Shown here piece by piece: positions 1 through 9,851 of a stretch of DNA of 64,000 nt. The notes below the pieces were generated by a model. It searched no databases, was not told the origin of the DNA, and worked only from the letters and a program-made list of their open reading frames with translations. Every line of letters starts with the position of its first letter. The first letter of the stretch is position 1. The translations under genes and the position numbers were made by a program. This DNA comes from an uncultured Candidatus Actinomarina sp. (GTDB taxonomy: Bacteria; Actinomycetota; Acidimicrobiia; Actinomarinales; Actinomarinaceae): the NCBI GenBank assembly GCA_902634185.1, contig CACPJC010000002.1, positions 64,001-128,000 on the forward strand, in the 5' to 3' direction.

Positions 1-646
1 AAATGTTATAATCTTCAGCAATTCTATATAACAACCACCTTGCAATCCAAATTTGATCTCCTATATCTGGAGCTCCTACAGGTCCAATTTGAAACTCCCA
101 TTGTCCAGGCATAACTTCTGCATTTGTTCCAGAAATATTTAACCCAGCTTCCATACAAGCAGTTGCATGATCTTCTGAAATTGAACGACCATATACTTCA
201 TCTGCTCCTACACCACAATAGTATCCACCTTGTGGTGCTGGATAGCCTGAAGGAGGAAATCCTAATGGTTGTCCATACTTTAGCGAATCATATGATTGCT
301 CATAAAATGTATATTCTTGTTCCAAACCAAACATTGGTTCAAACTCAGAAAAGTTTTCAGCAGAAGCAACACATGCTGCTCTTGTGTTTGAGGCATGTGG
401 TGTCATGTCTACATTCAAAACTTCACACATAACTAGTATGTTATCTCCACCTCTTATAGAATCAGGGAACTGTGCTACAGGTTTTAATACACAATCCGAT
501 TGATCTCCTGTTGCTTGTTCAGTACTAGATCCATCAAATCCCCAGATTGGAGGTTCTGTCCCTTGGTCCATAATTTTGGTTTTACTTCTTAACTTTGCAG
601 TTGGTGTTTTACCGTCTATCCATATATATTCAGCTTTAATTTTCAT
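1..646 (-). CDS. glnII: Glutamine synthetase type II (5' part; runs off window start)
   Basis: Not in ORF track. Manual translation from ATG at 646 gives MKIKAEYIWIDGKTPTAKLRSKTK...WGFDGSSTEQA...FGLEQEY...GYYCGVGA...NAEVMPGQWEFQIGP, which are GSII signature motifs. Confidence 0.93.
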   Translation of the reverse strand, partial: MKIKAEYIWIDGKTPTAKLRSKTKIMDQGTEPPIWGFDGSSTEQATGDQSDCVLKPVAQFPDSIRGGDNILVMCEVLNVDMTPHASNTRAACVASAENFSEFEPMFGLEQEYTFYEQSYDSLKYGQPLGFPPSGYPAPQGGYYCGVGADEVYGRSISEDHATACMEAGLNISGTNAEVMPGQWEFQIGPVGAPDIGDQIWIARWLLYRIAEDYNI

Positions 647-740
647 TGTTTTTAATACCTCTTTTAATATTCTCGTTAATAATGTAGTATTTATTTAAAA
701 TATTGGTTACTCGGAAATATTAAATATTTGTTTCAAGATT

Positions 741-1370
741 ATGGTAAAAGCGTATATAAATGTAGAGAAAGAGCATGAAAAGGTAATATCGTGCCTAAAT
801 TCTTATGATTTAAATTCAGTTGATCTAGGTAAAATAGCAACTCAAAATGAAGTTCACTTAGTATGTACCTCTTTTTCAATGTATGGAGAAACTAAAAAAA
901 ACCTATCGGACATTGAAACAGCATCAAAACCTATCCCTGAACTAATAATTGCTAATGAAGAAGAATTTAAACAAAGTATCGATTTAATTAAAAATCCAAA
1001 AATTGAAGTAATATCAAATGATTGTAAGGAAGAGGAAGTAATTGCAAGATTTCAATCTTTAATTGGAGATAGTTCATCAGAAAAAATCGAGTTTGATGAT
1101 CTTGTAATCAATTTGAAAACTTATGAGGCTAAAATCGATGATCAATTATTGGATCTAACCTTCATGGAATATGAATTATTAAAATTCTTTGTTGTGAACC
1201 AAGAAAATGTATGGTCTAGAGAAGAGTTATTAGAAAAAGTATGGGGATATGATTATTTTGGAGGGGCTAGAACAGTAGACGTTCATGTTAGAAGACTTAG
1301 ATCAAAGTTGGGTGAAAAAAGATCTGATTGGATAAAAACAGTACATTCAGTTGGATATAAGTTTAACTAA
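741..1370 (+). CDS. glnR: GlnR-like OmpR-family nitrogen regulator with atypical receiver domain
   Basis: C-terminus LDLTFMEYELLKF...VWGYDYFGGARTVDVHVRRLRSKLG closely matches actinobacterial GlnR; divergent from glnII. Confidence 0.8.
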   Translation: MVKAYINVEKEHEKVISCLNSYDLNSVDLGKIATQNEVHLVCTSFSMYGETKKNLSDIETASKPIPELIIANEEEFKQSIDLIKNPKIEVISNDCKEEEVIARFQSLIGDSSSEKIEFDDLVINLKTYEAKIDDQLLDLTFMEYELLKFFVVNQENVWSREELLEKVWGYDYFGGARTVDVHVRRLRSKLGEKRSDWIKTVHSVGYKFN

Positions 1371-1710
1371 AACTATCTCCACATCCACAAGTTCTTGTTG
1401 CGTTTGGATTGTCGATTGAAAATCCGGTCTCCATTAAACCTTCTTTGTAATCTAAAGTTGATCCCTTAATATGCTCAAGGCTTTGTGAGTCAATACCAAT
1501 ATCTACGCCATCATATGACTCGAAAACATCATTTTGTAGTCTTTCTGTATCGAAGAACATCTCATAAGATAGTCCTGAACAACCGCCTGGCTTAACTCCC
1601 ATTCTTAGAAAGCTATCTTCACTAGATTCCTCACCTTTAAGTTCAACGAGTTTTTTTACAGCACTATCAGTTGCTAAAACTGATCGAGATGATTTTATTT
1701 GTATATCCAT
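1363..1710 (-). CDS. HesB/IscA/ErpA iron-sulfur cluster assembly accessory protein
   Basis: GGCSGLSY and NPNA..TCGCGDSF motifs. Confidence 0.93.
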   Translation of the reverse strand: MDIQIKSSRSVLATDSAVKKLVELKGEESSEDSFLRMGVKPGGCSGLSYEMFFDTERLQNDVFESYDGVDIGIDSQSLEHIKGSTLDYKEGLMETGFSIDNPNATRTCGCGDSFS

Positions 1711-1817
1711 AATTTAATTATATCGTATATCAAATTATTCAAAAAATTTATTGTTACATGAAATTTTTTCACTTTAAGATATAAACATGAGTTTTAAACC
1801 AATAAAAGTAGGAATAT

Positions 1818-3113
1818 ATGGATAAAATATCTGTAAATAAACTGGTCGAAGAAGTGAAATCTAATCTTCCAAGAGAAATATTGGTTTTAATAGCTCAAAA
1901 TTGTCTTAACAAAAACACGGATATTCAAACAACTATTAAAAATTTTGAAAACGAAGTGTATAAATATACATTAAAAGTTCAAAAAAAAGTTATCAACTGT
2001 ACTGGGACGTTGTTACATACAAACCTTGGAAGAGCACAAACTGATATTGACTTTAATGGAGAAAGTACAAATGTCGAATACGATATTTTTAATAACAGAA
2101 GAGGTAAAAGAAATGAATTCTTAAGTGAGTCAATGAACTTACTTCTAGGGTCTGATGATGTTTGCTTTGTCAACAACAATGCTTCATCGCTCTTTATAAC
2201 ACTAAAGACACTTAAAAATATTTATGGGAAAAAAACAGTAATTATTTCTAGAGGAGAAATAATTGAAATCGGTGGATCTTATAGGCTTCCAGAGATAATT
2301 CAAGAAACAGATTTGAAGATGGTCGAAATTGGAACAACAAATAAAACTAAAATAACTGACTATGAAAAAGCCCTAAAAGAAAATAAAGATGCTTTAATTT
2401 TAAAAGTCCATAGATCAAATTTTTCAATTGATGGTTTTGTAGAAGAGGTAAATTTAAAAGATTTAAAGTCTTTAACCGAAAGTCAAAATAGTATTTTGAT
2501 TCATGATCTCGGAAGTGGTCTAGTTGCAAGTAAAAAATTTCTGGAAAAAGAAAATATTGATATCTTTGATGATGAGCCAACAGTGCAGGAATCGTTGAGA
2601 CAAGGTGCAGATTTAGTTATGTTTTCAGGTGACAAACTATTTGGATCTTTACAGTCGGGAATAATAGCTGGAGATAAAAAAATGATTCAATCAATAAAGG
2701 AGTCTCCATTATTTAGGACATACCGCTGTTCTCCTTTAACTCTTTTTCAACTTCAAGAAACTACAAGTAAATATGTATCCAAAAAAGAAATAGAAATACC
2801 CTTATGGAAAATGATTTCAATGAAATATGAGAATCTAGAAAATAGAATCAGAAATGTATGTGAAAATCTTGAAATAAAACATGAAGTTGTCAATGATTAT
2901 TCTGTAATGGGTGGGGGTACTTTACCAAATAAGACTATTCCTTCACCAGTAGTAAAAATAAGTGAACTAGAAAATAAAGATCTGATGAGCAAATTAATGC
3001 TTAATGAGATCCCAATAATTCCTAGAATTAATAAAAACAATATAATAATTGATTTAAGAAGCACTTCAGAAAAAAACGATATATACATCAAAGATTTTTT
3101 TACTAAGTTATGA
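1818..3113 (+). CDS. selA: L-seryl-tRNA(Sec) selenium transferase
   Basis: VINCTGTLLHTNLGRA, VNNNAS, SRGEIIEIGGSYRLPE, FSGDKLFG (PLP lysine). Confidence 0.93.
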   Translation: MDKISVNKLVEEVKSNLPREILVLIAQNCLNKNTDIQTTIKNFENEVYKYTLKVQKKVINCTGTLLHTNLGRAQTDIDFNGESTNVEYDIFNNRRGKRNEFLSESMNLLLGSDDVCFVNNNASSLFITLKTLKNIYGKKTVIISRGEIIEIGGSYRLPEIIQETDLKMVEIGTTNKTKITDYEKALKENKDALILKVHRSNFSIDGFVEEVNLKDLKSLTESQNSILIHDLGSGLVASKKFLEKENIDIFDDEPTVQESLRQGADLVMFSGDKLFGSLQSGIIAGDKKMIQSIKESPLFRTYRCSPLTLFQLQETTSKYVSKKEIEIPLWKMISMKYENLENRIRNVCENLEIKHEVVNDYSVMGGGTLPNKTIPSPVVKISELENKDLMSKLMLNEIPIIPRINKNNIIIDLRSTSEKNDIYIKDFFTKL

Positions 3114-4789
3114 CAGTTATCGCTACTGCTGGACATGTAGATCATGGCAAATCTACGTTTGTAAATTTTTTAACTAAACAAGAAACTGATAGATTGCCGG
3201 AAGAAAAAAAAAGGGGCCTTACGATAAATTTGGGTTATACCTATTTTACAATTGAGGACAAAACTTATTCAATAGTTGATGTGCCTGGTCACAAAGATTT
3301 TTATAAAAACACAATATCTGGATTTGCTAATGTAGATGTAATTCTGTTTGTGATAGATTCAATTCAAAACTGGTCTGAGCAGTCCGAACAGCATTTTCAA
3401 TCATTAGTTTCACTAAACAAAAAAAATTTTATATTTGTATTTACAAAAATTGATCTACTTGAAGGTGAGATAAAAAAAGAATTCTTAAGTGAAAAACTAG
3501 ATAATAATCAAGATATTAATTATCTCATTTTGGAGTTCAACAAAGAAACCTCTAGCAGAAGAGCATTTTGTGAATCTATTCATAATTTTGTTAAAACTTG
3601 TAAATTTGAGAAAAAAACACCGCGACTATGGGTCGATAGAAGTTTCACAATTGATGGAACTGGAAAAGTTGTTACCGGTACAGCAAGTAAAGATCTGGAT
3701 TATGAAAATATTATATACAATCTACATAACGAAGAACTTCAAATAAAAGAAGTTCAGAGCAGAAATCAGAAGAATGATAAAAATGATGTAACAAAAAGAG
3801 TGGCATTGTCTTTAAAAAAAACAAACAAAAATTTTCCCAGTAGAGGCGACCTGCTAACAAATGAAAAAATTAATTTTTCAAACAATTTATTTATCGAATT
3901 AAACAATCGAGATGTGGATAGATCCATTTTCAAAGGAACCTTAAGACTTTTTTTTGGAACAAATAATGCACATATATCAAAAATAAAATTGATAAATTCT
4001 GAAAATGAGACTTTTGCAATTTTAAGTCTATCCAAAGCAGTACCAATTCCAATTTTTGAAAATCTACTAATTCAAAATATAGACAGAGATAAATATATCG
4101 GTGGAAAGTTCTTACTATACCCTGATAAAAACCAATTTTTAAAGCTGAACAAAAAGATTAAAGATAAAATCAAAATAAATAATTTATTAGATATTTTTGA
4201 CTTTTTAGATATGAAATTCTTCAAGATTAATGAAAACTTCAAACAAATAGAAAATCTATATGTCAATGAATCAGTTGTTGAAAAGATTTTTGAAGATTTA
4301 AAAAGTAATACAGATTCAATAAATAAGGCTGGTGTAAAAGATTTCTTTCAAGATAACTATCAAATATCAATAGAAATATTAGAACAATTGACAAAAGATA
4401 AAGAAAATATAACTATTTCAAATAACCAAGTAATTAAAAAAATAGATAACTTTGAAGCACTAGAAAATCAATACATAAAAATTAAAGAACTACTTGGTAA
4501 AACATTGGAAGTAAACATTATTAATACAAAAGAATTTGATAGGGATGAATTAAAAGATCTTTTTTTATCCAAAAAAATTTACAGAGTTGATTCTAAAATC
4601 ATTATCTCCGATACACATTTGAAACAATTAGTTGAGATTGTTGGATTTATGTCTGATGAATTTTCTGTAAAAGATTTTAAAGATAAATCTAATCTTTCAA
4701 GAAAGTATGCAATTCCTTATCTGGAATTGCTTGACAAGATCGGAGTGACTCAAAAAATTGATAAAGCTGGATCGAGAAAAAAACTTTAA
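3110..4789 (+). CDS. selB: Selenocysteine-specific elongation factor
   Basis: TAGHVDHGKS, DRLPEEKKRGLTINLG, DVPGH; C-terminal winged helix SRKYAIPYLELLD; overlaps selA stop. Confidence 0.9.
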   Translation: MTVIATAGHVDHGKSTFVNFLTKQETDRLPEEKKRGLTINLGYTYFTIEDKTYSIVDVPGHKDFYKNTISGFANVDVILFVIDSIQNWSEQSEQHFQSLVSLNKKNFIFVFTKIDLLEGEIKKEFLSEKLDNNQDINYLILEFNKETSSRRAFCESIHNFVKTCKFEKKTPRLWVDRSFTIDGTGKVVTGTASKDLDYENIIYNLHNEELQIKEVQSRNQKNDKNDVTKRVALSLKKTNKNFPSRGDLLTNEKINFSNNLFIELNNRDVDRSIFKGTLRLFFGTNNAHISKIKLINSENETFAILSLSKAVPIPIFENLLIQNIDRDKYIGGKFLLYPDKNQFLKLNKKIKDKIKINNLLDIFDFLDMKFFKINENFKQIENLYVNESVVEKIFEDLKSNTDSINKAGVKDFFQDNYQISIEILEQLTKDKENITISNNQVIKKIDNFEALENQYIKIKELLGKTLEVNIINTKEFDRDELKDLFLSKKIYRVDSKIIISDTHLKQLVEIVGFMSDEFSVKDFKDKSNLSRKYAIPYLELLDKIGVTQKIDKAGSRKKL

Positions 4790-5040
4790 GAAAATATTAG
4801 GTTTCGTTTTCTTTCGACTTCGTTTAGGCCTCCCCAAATTCCAAAAGGTTCTTCAATCTCTTTAGCTTCCTCTAAACAATTGACTTTGACAGGACAGCCA
4901 TTACAAACAGCTTTTGCTTTTGCCTCTCTTTTTTCTCTATCTTCTTTCTTTTCAAAAGTGGCGGGAGGAAAGAATAAATTTGAACTATGTTGCCTACAGA
5001 GAGCATTGTATTGCCAAGTTGAAATTTTTATTTCTAACAT
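4786..5040 (-). CDS. whiB: WhiB-family Fe-S transcriptional regulator (WhiB3/WhiD-like)
   Basis: W...ALC...LFF...AKAVCNGCPV...C...GIWGGL. Confidence 0.93.
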   Translation of the reverse strand: MLEIKISTWQYNALCRQHSSNLFFPPATFEKKEDREKREAKAKAVCNGCPVKVNCLEEAKEIEEPFGIWGGLNEVERKRNLIFS

Positions 5041-5046
5041 ATAGGA

Positions 5047-5091
5047 ACGTTATTTCAAAAAAAACAAATGGCAAAAGGTTTTTTTCGCGAA
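5047..5091 (-). promoter_or_regulatory. Putative leaderless whiB promoter with upstream TTCGCGAA palindrome
   Basis: Minus strand: TTCGCGAA (5084-5091), TTGCCA (5069-5074), 16 nt, TAACGT (5047-5052), 6 nt, ATG. Confidence 0.55.
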
Positions 5092-5104
5092 GTTTTATGG
5101 ATAT

Positions 5105-6223
5105 TTAGATATAAAGATTTCCATCTTTTTCTAAAAAGATATAATTTTGTTTTTCCTTATATGATTTATCAATTTCTAAATTAACCCTAAGTTTTGTATC
5201 CTTATACAAAACAAGGCCTGTGTCAGATTCTAGAATTTCTATTAATTCACATTCTTTATCAACCAAAGAAGTTCCACCACTGGTATCAGTTGTAAGCCTT
5301 GATCTTATAACTGTAGGTATTGCTACAAAATAAAATAATGCCAAAGCAACTGAAACTAAAAATAAAAGAAGGAAATTTACGCTAATTTGGTAGTTACTAA
5401 ACATCACAAATGAAGAGCTAAATAGAACTAGGAATGCAACAACTCCAAGAATTGAAAAGTATCCTCTTGATAAGATTTTTATATACATTAAAAATGAAAT
5501 GCCGAATATAAGAATTCCATAATAATTTATTCCAAACTCTTGAAATGGCAAAGTAGAAGATATTACAAGTAGTGACCCTACAACTGCCATCAAACCTGGA
5601 CCTATAGCAAATAGCTCAAGACCAATTAATGCAAAACCTAGAACAAAAAACATATATGTGAATATCGGGTTAGAAATTGCAATATAGAAGCGCTCAAACA
5701 ATGAGGGTTTAAAAAATTCGATTGATTGATCGGATATTACGAAATCTATATTCTCGATAAATGACCCAAGTGTACCAACAATTAAATAGTTATCATAGAT
5801 ACCTTCGTTTGTAGAAACAATAATTTTTCTTTCTTCAAAATTACAAATGTTAATCGTACAATATTTTTTTTCTACTGATTCATCAAAACTAACATTGTTA
5901 ATTTCCAGTCCTGGAGAAAAGCCTATGTAATCAAAATTGTTAAGTTGTTTAAAATCTATGGATATTTTATATGGACCAAACCAAACTCCTATCAGAAAAT
6001 CATATCCTGATAATAAGCTATTTAATTCTGCAATACTCTCTGCGCTTCCTTCTTGAGAGCTATATTGAAGAATCAATAAATCGTCATCTGTATATTCATA
6101 TTCTTCAATGTGGCCTTCAAGAGCATTTATATGGGCATTAGAAAAAATACCTTCGATTTCAAATATGTTTAGTTGCGCAGTTCCGACCACTGCAAAAATT
6201 AAGGTAGAAATCAAATATGTCAT
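5105..6223 (-). CDS. NfeD-like membrane protein with divergent N-terminal domain
   Basis: NP..TYMFFVLGFALIGLELFAIGPG TM block and short C-terminal OB-like segment; signal-like N-terminus. Confidence 0.6.
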   Translation of the reverse strand: MTYLISTLIFAVVGTAQLNIFEIEGIFSNAHINALEGHIEEYEYTDDDLLILQYSSQEGSAESIAELNSLLSGYDFLIGVWFGPYKISIDFKQLNNFDYIGFSPGLEINNVSFDESVEKKYCTINICNFEERKIIVSTNEGIYDNYLIVGTLGSFIENIDFVISDQSIEFFKPSLFERFYIAISNPIFTYMFFVLGFALIGLELFAIGPGLMAVVGSLLVISSTLPFQEFGINYYGILIFGISFLMYIKILSRGYFSILGVVAFLVLFSSSFVMFSNYQISVNFLLLFLVSVALALFYFVAIPTVIRSRLTTDTSGGTSLVDKECELIEILESDTGLVLYKDTKLRVNLEIDKSYKEKQNYIFLEKDGNLYI

Positions 6224-6261
6224 TATTATTTAAAATTACAGAATAGTATGCTTTTAAAACT

Positions 6262-6591
6262 GTGAAAATTTTAATTTATAGCGACAATCAATGGGTTATA
6301 GAATCTATTGAAAAATATATTGATTTTGAATATGAACTGCTTAAAAACGTTGATTTAGAAAGCTTGAATCAGCGAATAGATTATATATTTGTTGACATGC
6401 AAGTTAAAAATAATGGTGGGCCATCAATAATAAGAGATTTGAAAAGAGACAAAATAACTAAAAATACACCAATAGCCTTAATAGCAGACAGGGACGCTGA
6501 TGAGTTTCAAGCAAAAAGAGTTGGTGCCGATTTTTTTGCAGTAAAACCGGTTTCAAAAACTAAATTAAATAAATTCTTTAATTTAAAATAA
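6262..6591 (+). CDS. Single-domain response regulator receiver
   Basis: IFVDMQ...GGPSIIR...GADFFAVKP CheY-like pattern. Confidence 0.8.
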   Translation: MKILIYSDNQWVIESIEKYIDFEYELLKNVDLESLNQRIDYIFVDMQVKNNGGPSIIRDLKRDKITKNTPIALIADRDADEFQAKRVGADFFAVKPVSKTKLNKFFNLK

Positions 6592-6616
6592 AATCCTCTA
6601 GAATCATATATACAAA

Positions 6617-7864
6617 TTGAGTATTAATTTCGACTTCGTTTTATATATAGTATTTTTTATCTGCCTTGTTCTATCTGGTATGCTATCTGGTTCTGAAACG
6701 GCAATTACATCTATACCTAAACAGAAAGTGCATCAGTTAGATGACTCCAAAAAAAATAATAGGATTAAAAAAGCTAAAGAGAACTTAGAAAAAACAATTG
6801 GCGGAATTCTGGTTGGAAATAATTTTGTAAATATATTAATGGCTTCTGTTGCAACATTAATTTTTGTGAGAAGATTTGGGGAAAGTGCTGGAAGTGCGAT
6901 TGCCACAGTATTTACGACAATAATTGTATTGATATTTGGTGATATTACTCCAAAGACACTAGCTACTAAACTACCAATAGCATTTTTATCAAGAACAACA
7001 TTTTTAGTTGAAATACTATCAAAAATTTTTGCTCCCTTTACAGAGGGAATAACTAAATTAATTATGAGATTTGCAAAAACTTCAGAAGATGAGGATGCTG
7101 AAGTTACAGAAGCAGATATTCAAGCATTAACAGCACTTGGGGAAATTGAGGGACAAATTTTGCCAGCTGAAAGAGAAATAATAAATGCTCTCCTTGATTT
7201 TTCTGACAGACCTATAAAAGAAATTATGACGCCTAGGGTAGATGTTTTATTTCTTTCCTTACCAATTAACATCGCGGATGTTAAATCGTTAGTTGAAGAT
7301 AAAAGAATTTCAAGAATGCCTGTTTCAAAATCAGAATCCCTTGATGACACTTTTGGAATCGTGTACGTTAAAGATTTGTTTAATATGAAAGCAAACTCAG
7401 ATTCAGTTGAAATAGAAAATTTAGTAAAAGATGTAATCTACTTACCCGAATATACAACTGTTTTATCTGCATTAAATATTTTACGAGAAAACAAATCGAG
7501 TTTTGCATGTGTTATTGATGAGAATGGTGGTATTGAGGGTGTAATAACTATTAAAGATGTATTGTCTGAATTTGTAGGTGAACTTCCTGACGAACATGAT
7601 CAAAGATTCCTAGGTATAAGAAGACTTGGACCAGGTCAATGGACTATTGAAGGTAAAACAGATATAGATGATTTTGAGGAATTTTTTGGTTTAGAGCCTT
7701 ATGATAAAGATATTGCAACAGTTGGTGGACTGTTCTTAAGTCACTCAGAACAACTTCCTTCTATTGGTGAAAAAATTACACTTGATGGATTGGAAATCAC
7801 AGTAATGGAGATTGATAATAGAAGAATAGATACAGTTGTTGTTAAAAAAATTGCTAAAAAATAA
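6617..7864 (+). CDS. CNNM/hemolysin (DUF21-CBS-CorC) membrane protein
   Basis: SGSETA, ILVGNN, FGDITPK, IMTPR, CBS pair, C-terminal CorC/HlyC domain. Confidence 0.9.
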   Translation: MSINFDFVLYIVFFICLVLSGMLSGSETAITSIPKQKVHQLDDSKKNNRIKKAKENLEKTIGGILVGNNFVNILMASVATLIFVRRFGESAGSAIATVFTTIIVLIFGDITPKTLATKLPIAFLSRTTFLVEILSKIFAPFTEGITKLIMRFAKTSEDEDAEVTEADIQALTALGEIEGQILPAEREIINALLDFSDRPIKEIMTPRVDVLFLSLPINIADVKSLVEDKRISRMPVSKSESLDDTFGIVYVKDLFNMKANSDSVEIENLVKDVIYLPEYTTVLSALNILRENKSSFACVIDENGGIEGVITIKDVLSEFVGELPDEHDQRFLGIRRLGPGQWTIEGKTDIDDFEEFFGLEPYDKDIATVGGLFLSHSEQLPSIGEKITLDGLEITVMEIDNRRIDTVVVKKIAKK

Positions 7865-7891
7865 TTCAATTATCTTGATTAAAATATAACT

Positions 7892-8170
7892 ATGGGTGCA
7901 ATTTGGGCAGTTATTTCTTTGTTGGCAGTTTGGCTAATTTATGGATTGATTGCTTCAATATTTGTAAAAGGTGTCACAAGTAGAGATGGCTTAAAATTAA
8001 TTTTTGCTGGAATGTTGGGTGGATATTTGGGTGGTCAAGTTGGAATATTCATGGATGTTCCAGAAAATTTATGGTGGATGAGAGAAGTAACAAAATTATT
8101 ACTTACAATAGGAAGCTTGAATGTTATTCATCGACTTGGATTTATTAAAAAAAGAGGAGAGCAAGCTTAA
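7892..8170 (+). CDS. Small membrane protein (GlsB/YeaQ-like)
   Basis: Three hydrophobic segments with GMLGGYLGG; TAAAAT 6 nt upstream of ATG. Confidence 0.6.
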   Translation: MGAIWAVISLLAVWLIYGLIASIFVKGVTSRDGLKLIFAGMLGGYLGGQVGIFMDVPENLWWMREVTKLLLTIGSLNVIHRLGFIKKRGEQA

Positions 8171-8445
8171 TTTTTTGGAATCCTTGCTGCTTTTAGCAAG
8201 TTTCCATTTTCATCAATAACACCACATCGTTTTGATAAAAGTTTTGTATTAAATAAGAAAAGATTTTTTTTCCAAATAGCTAAGTATCCGTAGCCTCCAA
8301 CAGTATCTAATTTTTCAAGGGCTTGTACTAACGAAGAAGTATCTTCTGCAATAACTACAGGTAATTCTTGATATGTTGCATCCCATTCTTCTGAAGTTTT
8401 GACTCTTCCAGAATTGAGTAAGTGATCTTTTAAACTACTCATCAT
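8167..8445 (-). CDS. Hypothetical protein downstream of HPr
   Basis: ORF track; likely start MMSSLKDH at 8445, overlapping the ptsH end. Confidence 0.6.
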   Translation of the reverse strand: MMSSLKDHLLNSGRVKTSEEWDATYQELPVVIAEDTSSLVQALEKLDTVGGYGYLAIWKKNLFLFNTKLLSKRCGVIDENGNLLKAARIPKN

Positions 8446-8782
8446 CAACTGTTTCAAATACTTGTAATTCATCTTCTTCAATATTTTCATTATCAAAGTC
8501 ATCTTTACTGCTGTAGGCTTCTGTTCTCCAGTTTATTAAATTTTCCATAAGTTTTTCCTCGTCACTACCAGTTATATGTAAATCAATAATTGAAAATTGC
8601 TTAGGTTCTATCTTGAATAAACTAAGTAAACTTTTACCATTTGCTACTTTATCACCAACTTTTATTTCAACGTCACTATCAAATTGCTGGCAATATTTTA
8701 CAAATTCACTTCCAGGTCTTGCGTGAAGACCAGGATAAATTAATATTTTTAGTTTTTGTGAAACAGAAATTTTAGCCTCCAA
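8435..8782 (-). CDS. ptsH: Phosphocarrier protein HPr with acidic C-terminal tail
   Basis: GLHARP (His15) and NGKSLLSL (Ser46) motifs. Confidence 0.9.
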   Translation of the reverse strand: MEAKISVSQKLKILIYPGLHARPGSEFVKYCQQFDSDVEIKVGDKVANGKSLLSLFKIEPKQFSIIDLHITGSDEEKLMENLINWRTEAYSSKDDFDNENIEEDELQVFETVDDE

Positions 8783-9851
8783 GCATGTTCAAATATTTTT
8801 CATAATTTTTATCTTGATTCCAAAAATTTTTATAAAAATTTGATCTTCCTAAGTTTAATACTTCTTTTTTAAAGTCGTTAAAACCTTCAATATCCTCAAA
8901 TGAATCATTAAAAATAATATCTAATACTTTCTTAAATCCAGTAACACTTTTATCATTGTTTATCAAAATATCTAATGGTTCTTGGAATCTCTCATTGTAA
9001 GAAAATTTAATTCCTGGATTTCTTGCAACTCTAAATAGTTGATCTTTAACTTCTGTATTTGAGAATCGATCATTTATAGTATTTTTAAATTTAGTTAATT
9101 CCTCTATTTCATCTTTACCAAGCAAAAATATACTTTCTAAAATTTCCAGAGATATTTGATCTATAAATATTTTTGAAGCATCATTTTGATATAACTCGTG
9201 CATATATTCATATTTTTCTGATAGTCCATAATAAGCAAGACACAAATGAAGGCCATTTAACATCCATAGCTTTTTTTTAAATTCATAATCATATTCACCT
9301 TGCTTTATAACGCCTGATGGTTTCAAAGGTAATGGGCCCTCTTTATCAAATACAATTGAACCATACTCTTCAACGTAAACATCCAAGTTATCTTTTGACT
9401 GTAAAGGAATAATTTTATCGATGACTACATCAATGAAAGTAATATTTTTGTTATCAATATCTGACTCGTTTTTTGCAGTTGTAGAAGCTCTGTATTTATT
9501 TTCAAATGCAACAAAATTTATACTTTTAGGGAGATCTAAATTAGATATCAAGTATAAAACACTATTTACATACTGTGGTCCAACCGATGTAGATACAAAA
9601 TCACAGTTACTAATTAATGATTGAATTTCGCTGGAGTCAGATAGATTCAGTGCTTTTATATTTGAGACCTTGATGCTTTCTTTACTAGATCCAATAAAAT
9701 TTACACTATATTCTTGGTTTGTATTTAATTTATTTACAAGATCAGAATCTACATCAACTAAAACTACTTCGTAGCCATTTTCCTGAAGTATGGGTGTTAT
9801 GAAGCCTCTTCCTATGTTGCCAGCGCCAAAATGTAATGCAGTTTTAGGCAT
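8772..9851 (-). CDS. mtlD: Mannitol-1-phosphate 5-dehydrogenase
   Basis: ALHFGAGNIGRGFI, STSVG, KKLWMLNGLH, RVARNP. Confidence 0.9.
   Translation of the reverse strand: MPKTALHFGAGNIGRGFITPILQENGYEVVLVDVDSDLVNKLNTNQEYSVNFIGSSKESIKVSNIKALNLSDSSEIQSLISNCDFVSTSVGPQYVNSVLYLISNLDLPKSINFVAFENKYRASTTAKNESDIDNKNITFIDVVIDKIIPLQSKDNLDVYVEEYGSIVFDKEGPLPLKPSGVIKQGEYDYEFKKKLWMLNGLHLCLAYYGLSEKYEYMHELYQNDASKIFIDQISLEILESIFLLGKDEIEELTKFKNTINDRFSNTEVKDQLFRVARNPGIKFSYNERFQEPLDILINNDKSVTGFKKVLDIIFNDSFEDIEGFNDFKKEVLNLGRSNFYKNFWNQDKNYEKYLNMLGG

Noticed and set aside
124-432. 102-aa + strand ORF
   Set aside because: Antisense shadow of glnII
647-740. Canonical GlnR box in the glnII-glnR gap
   Set aside because: Only isolated GTTAC/GAAAC half-sites with non-canonical spacing
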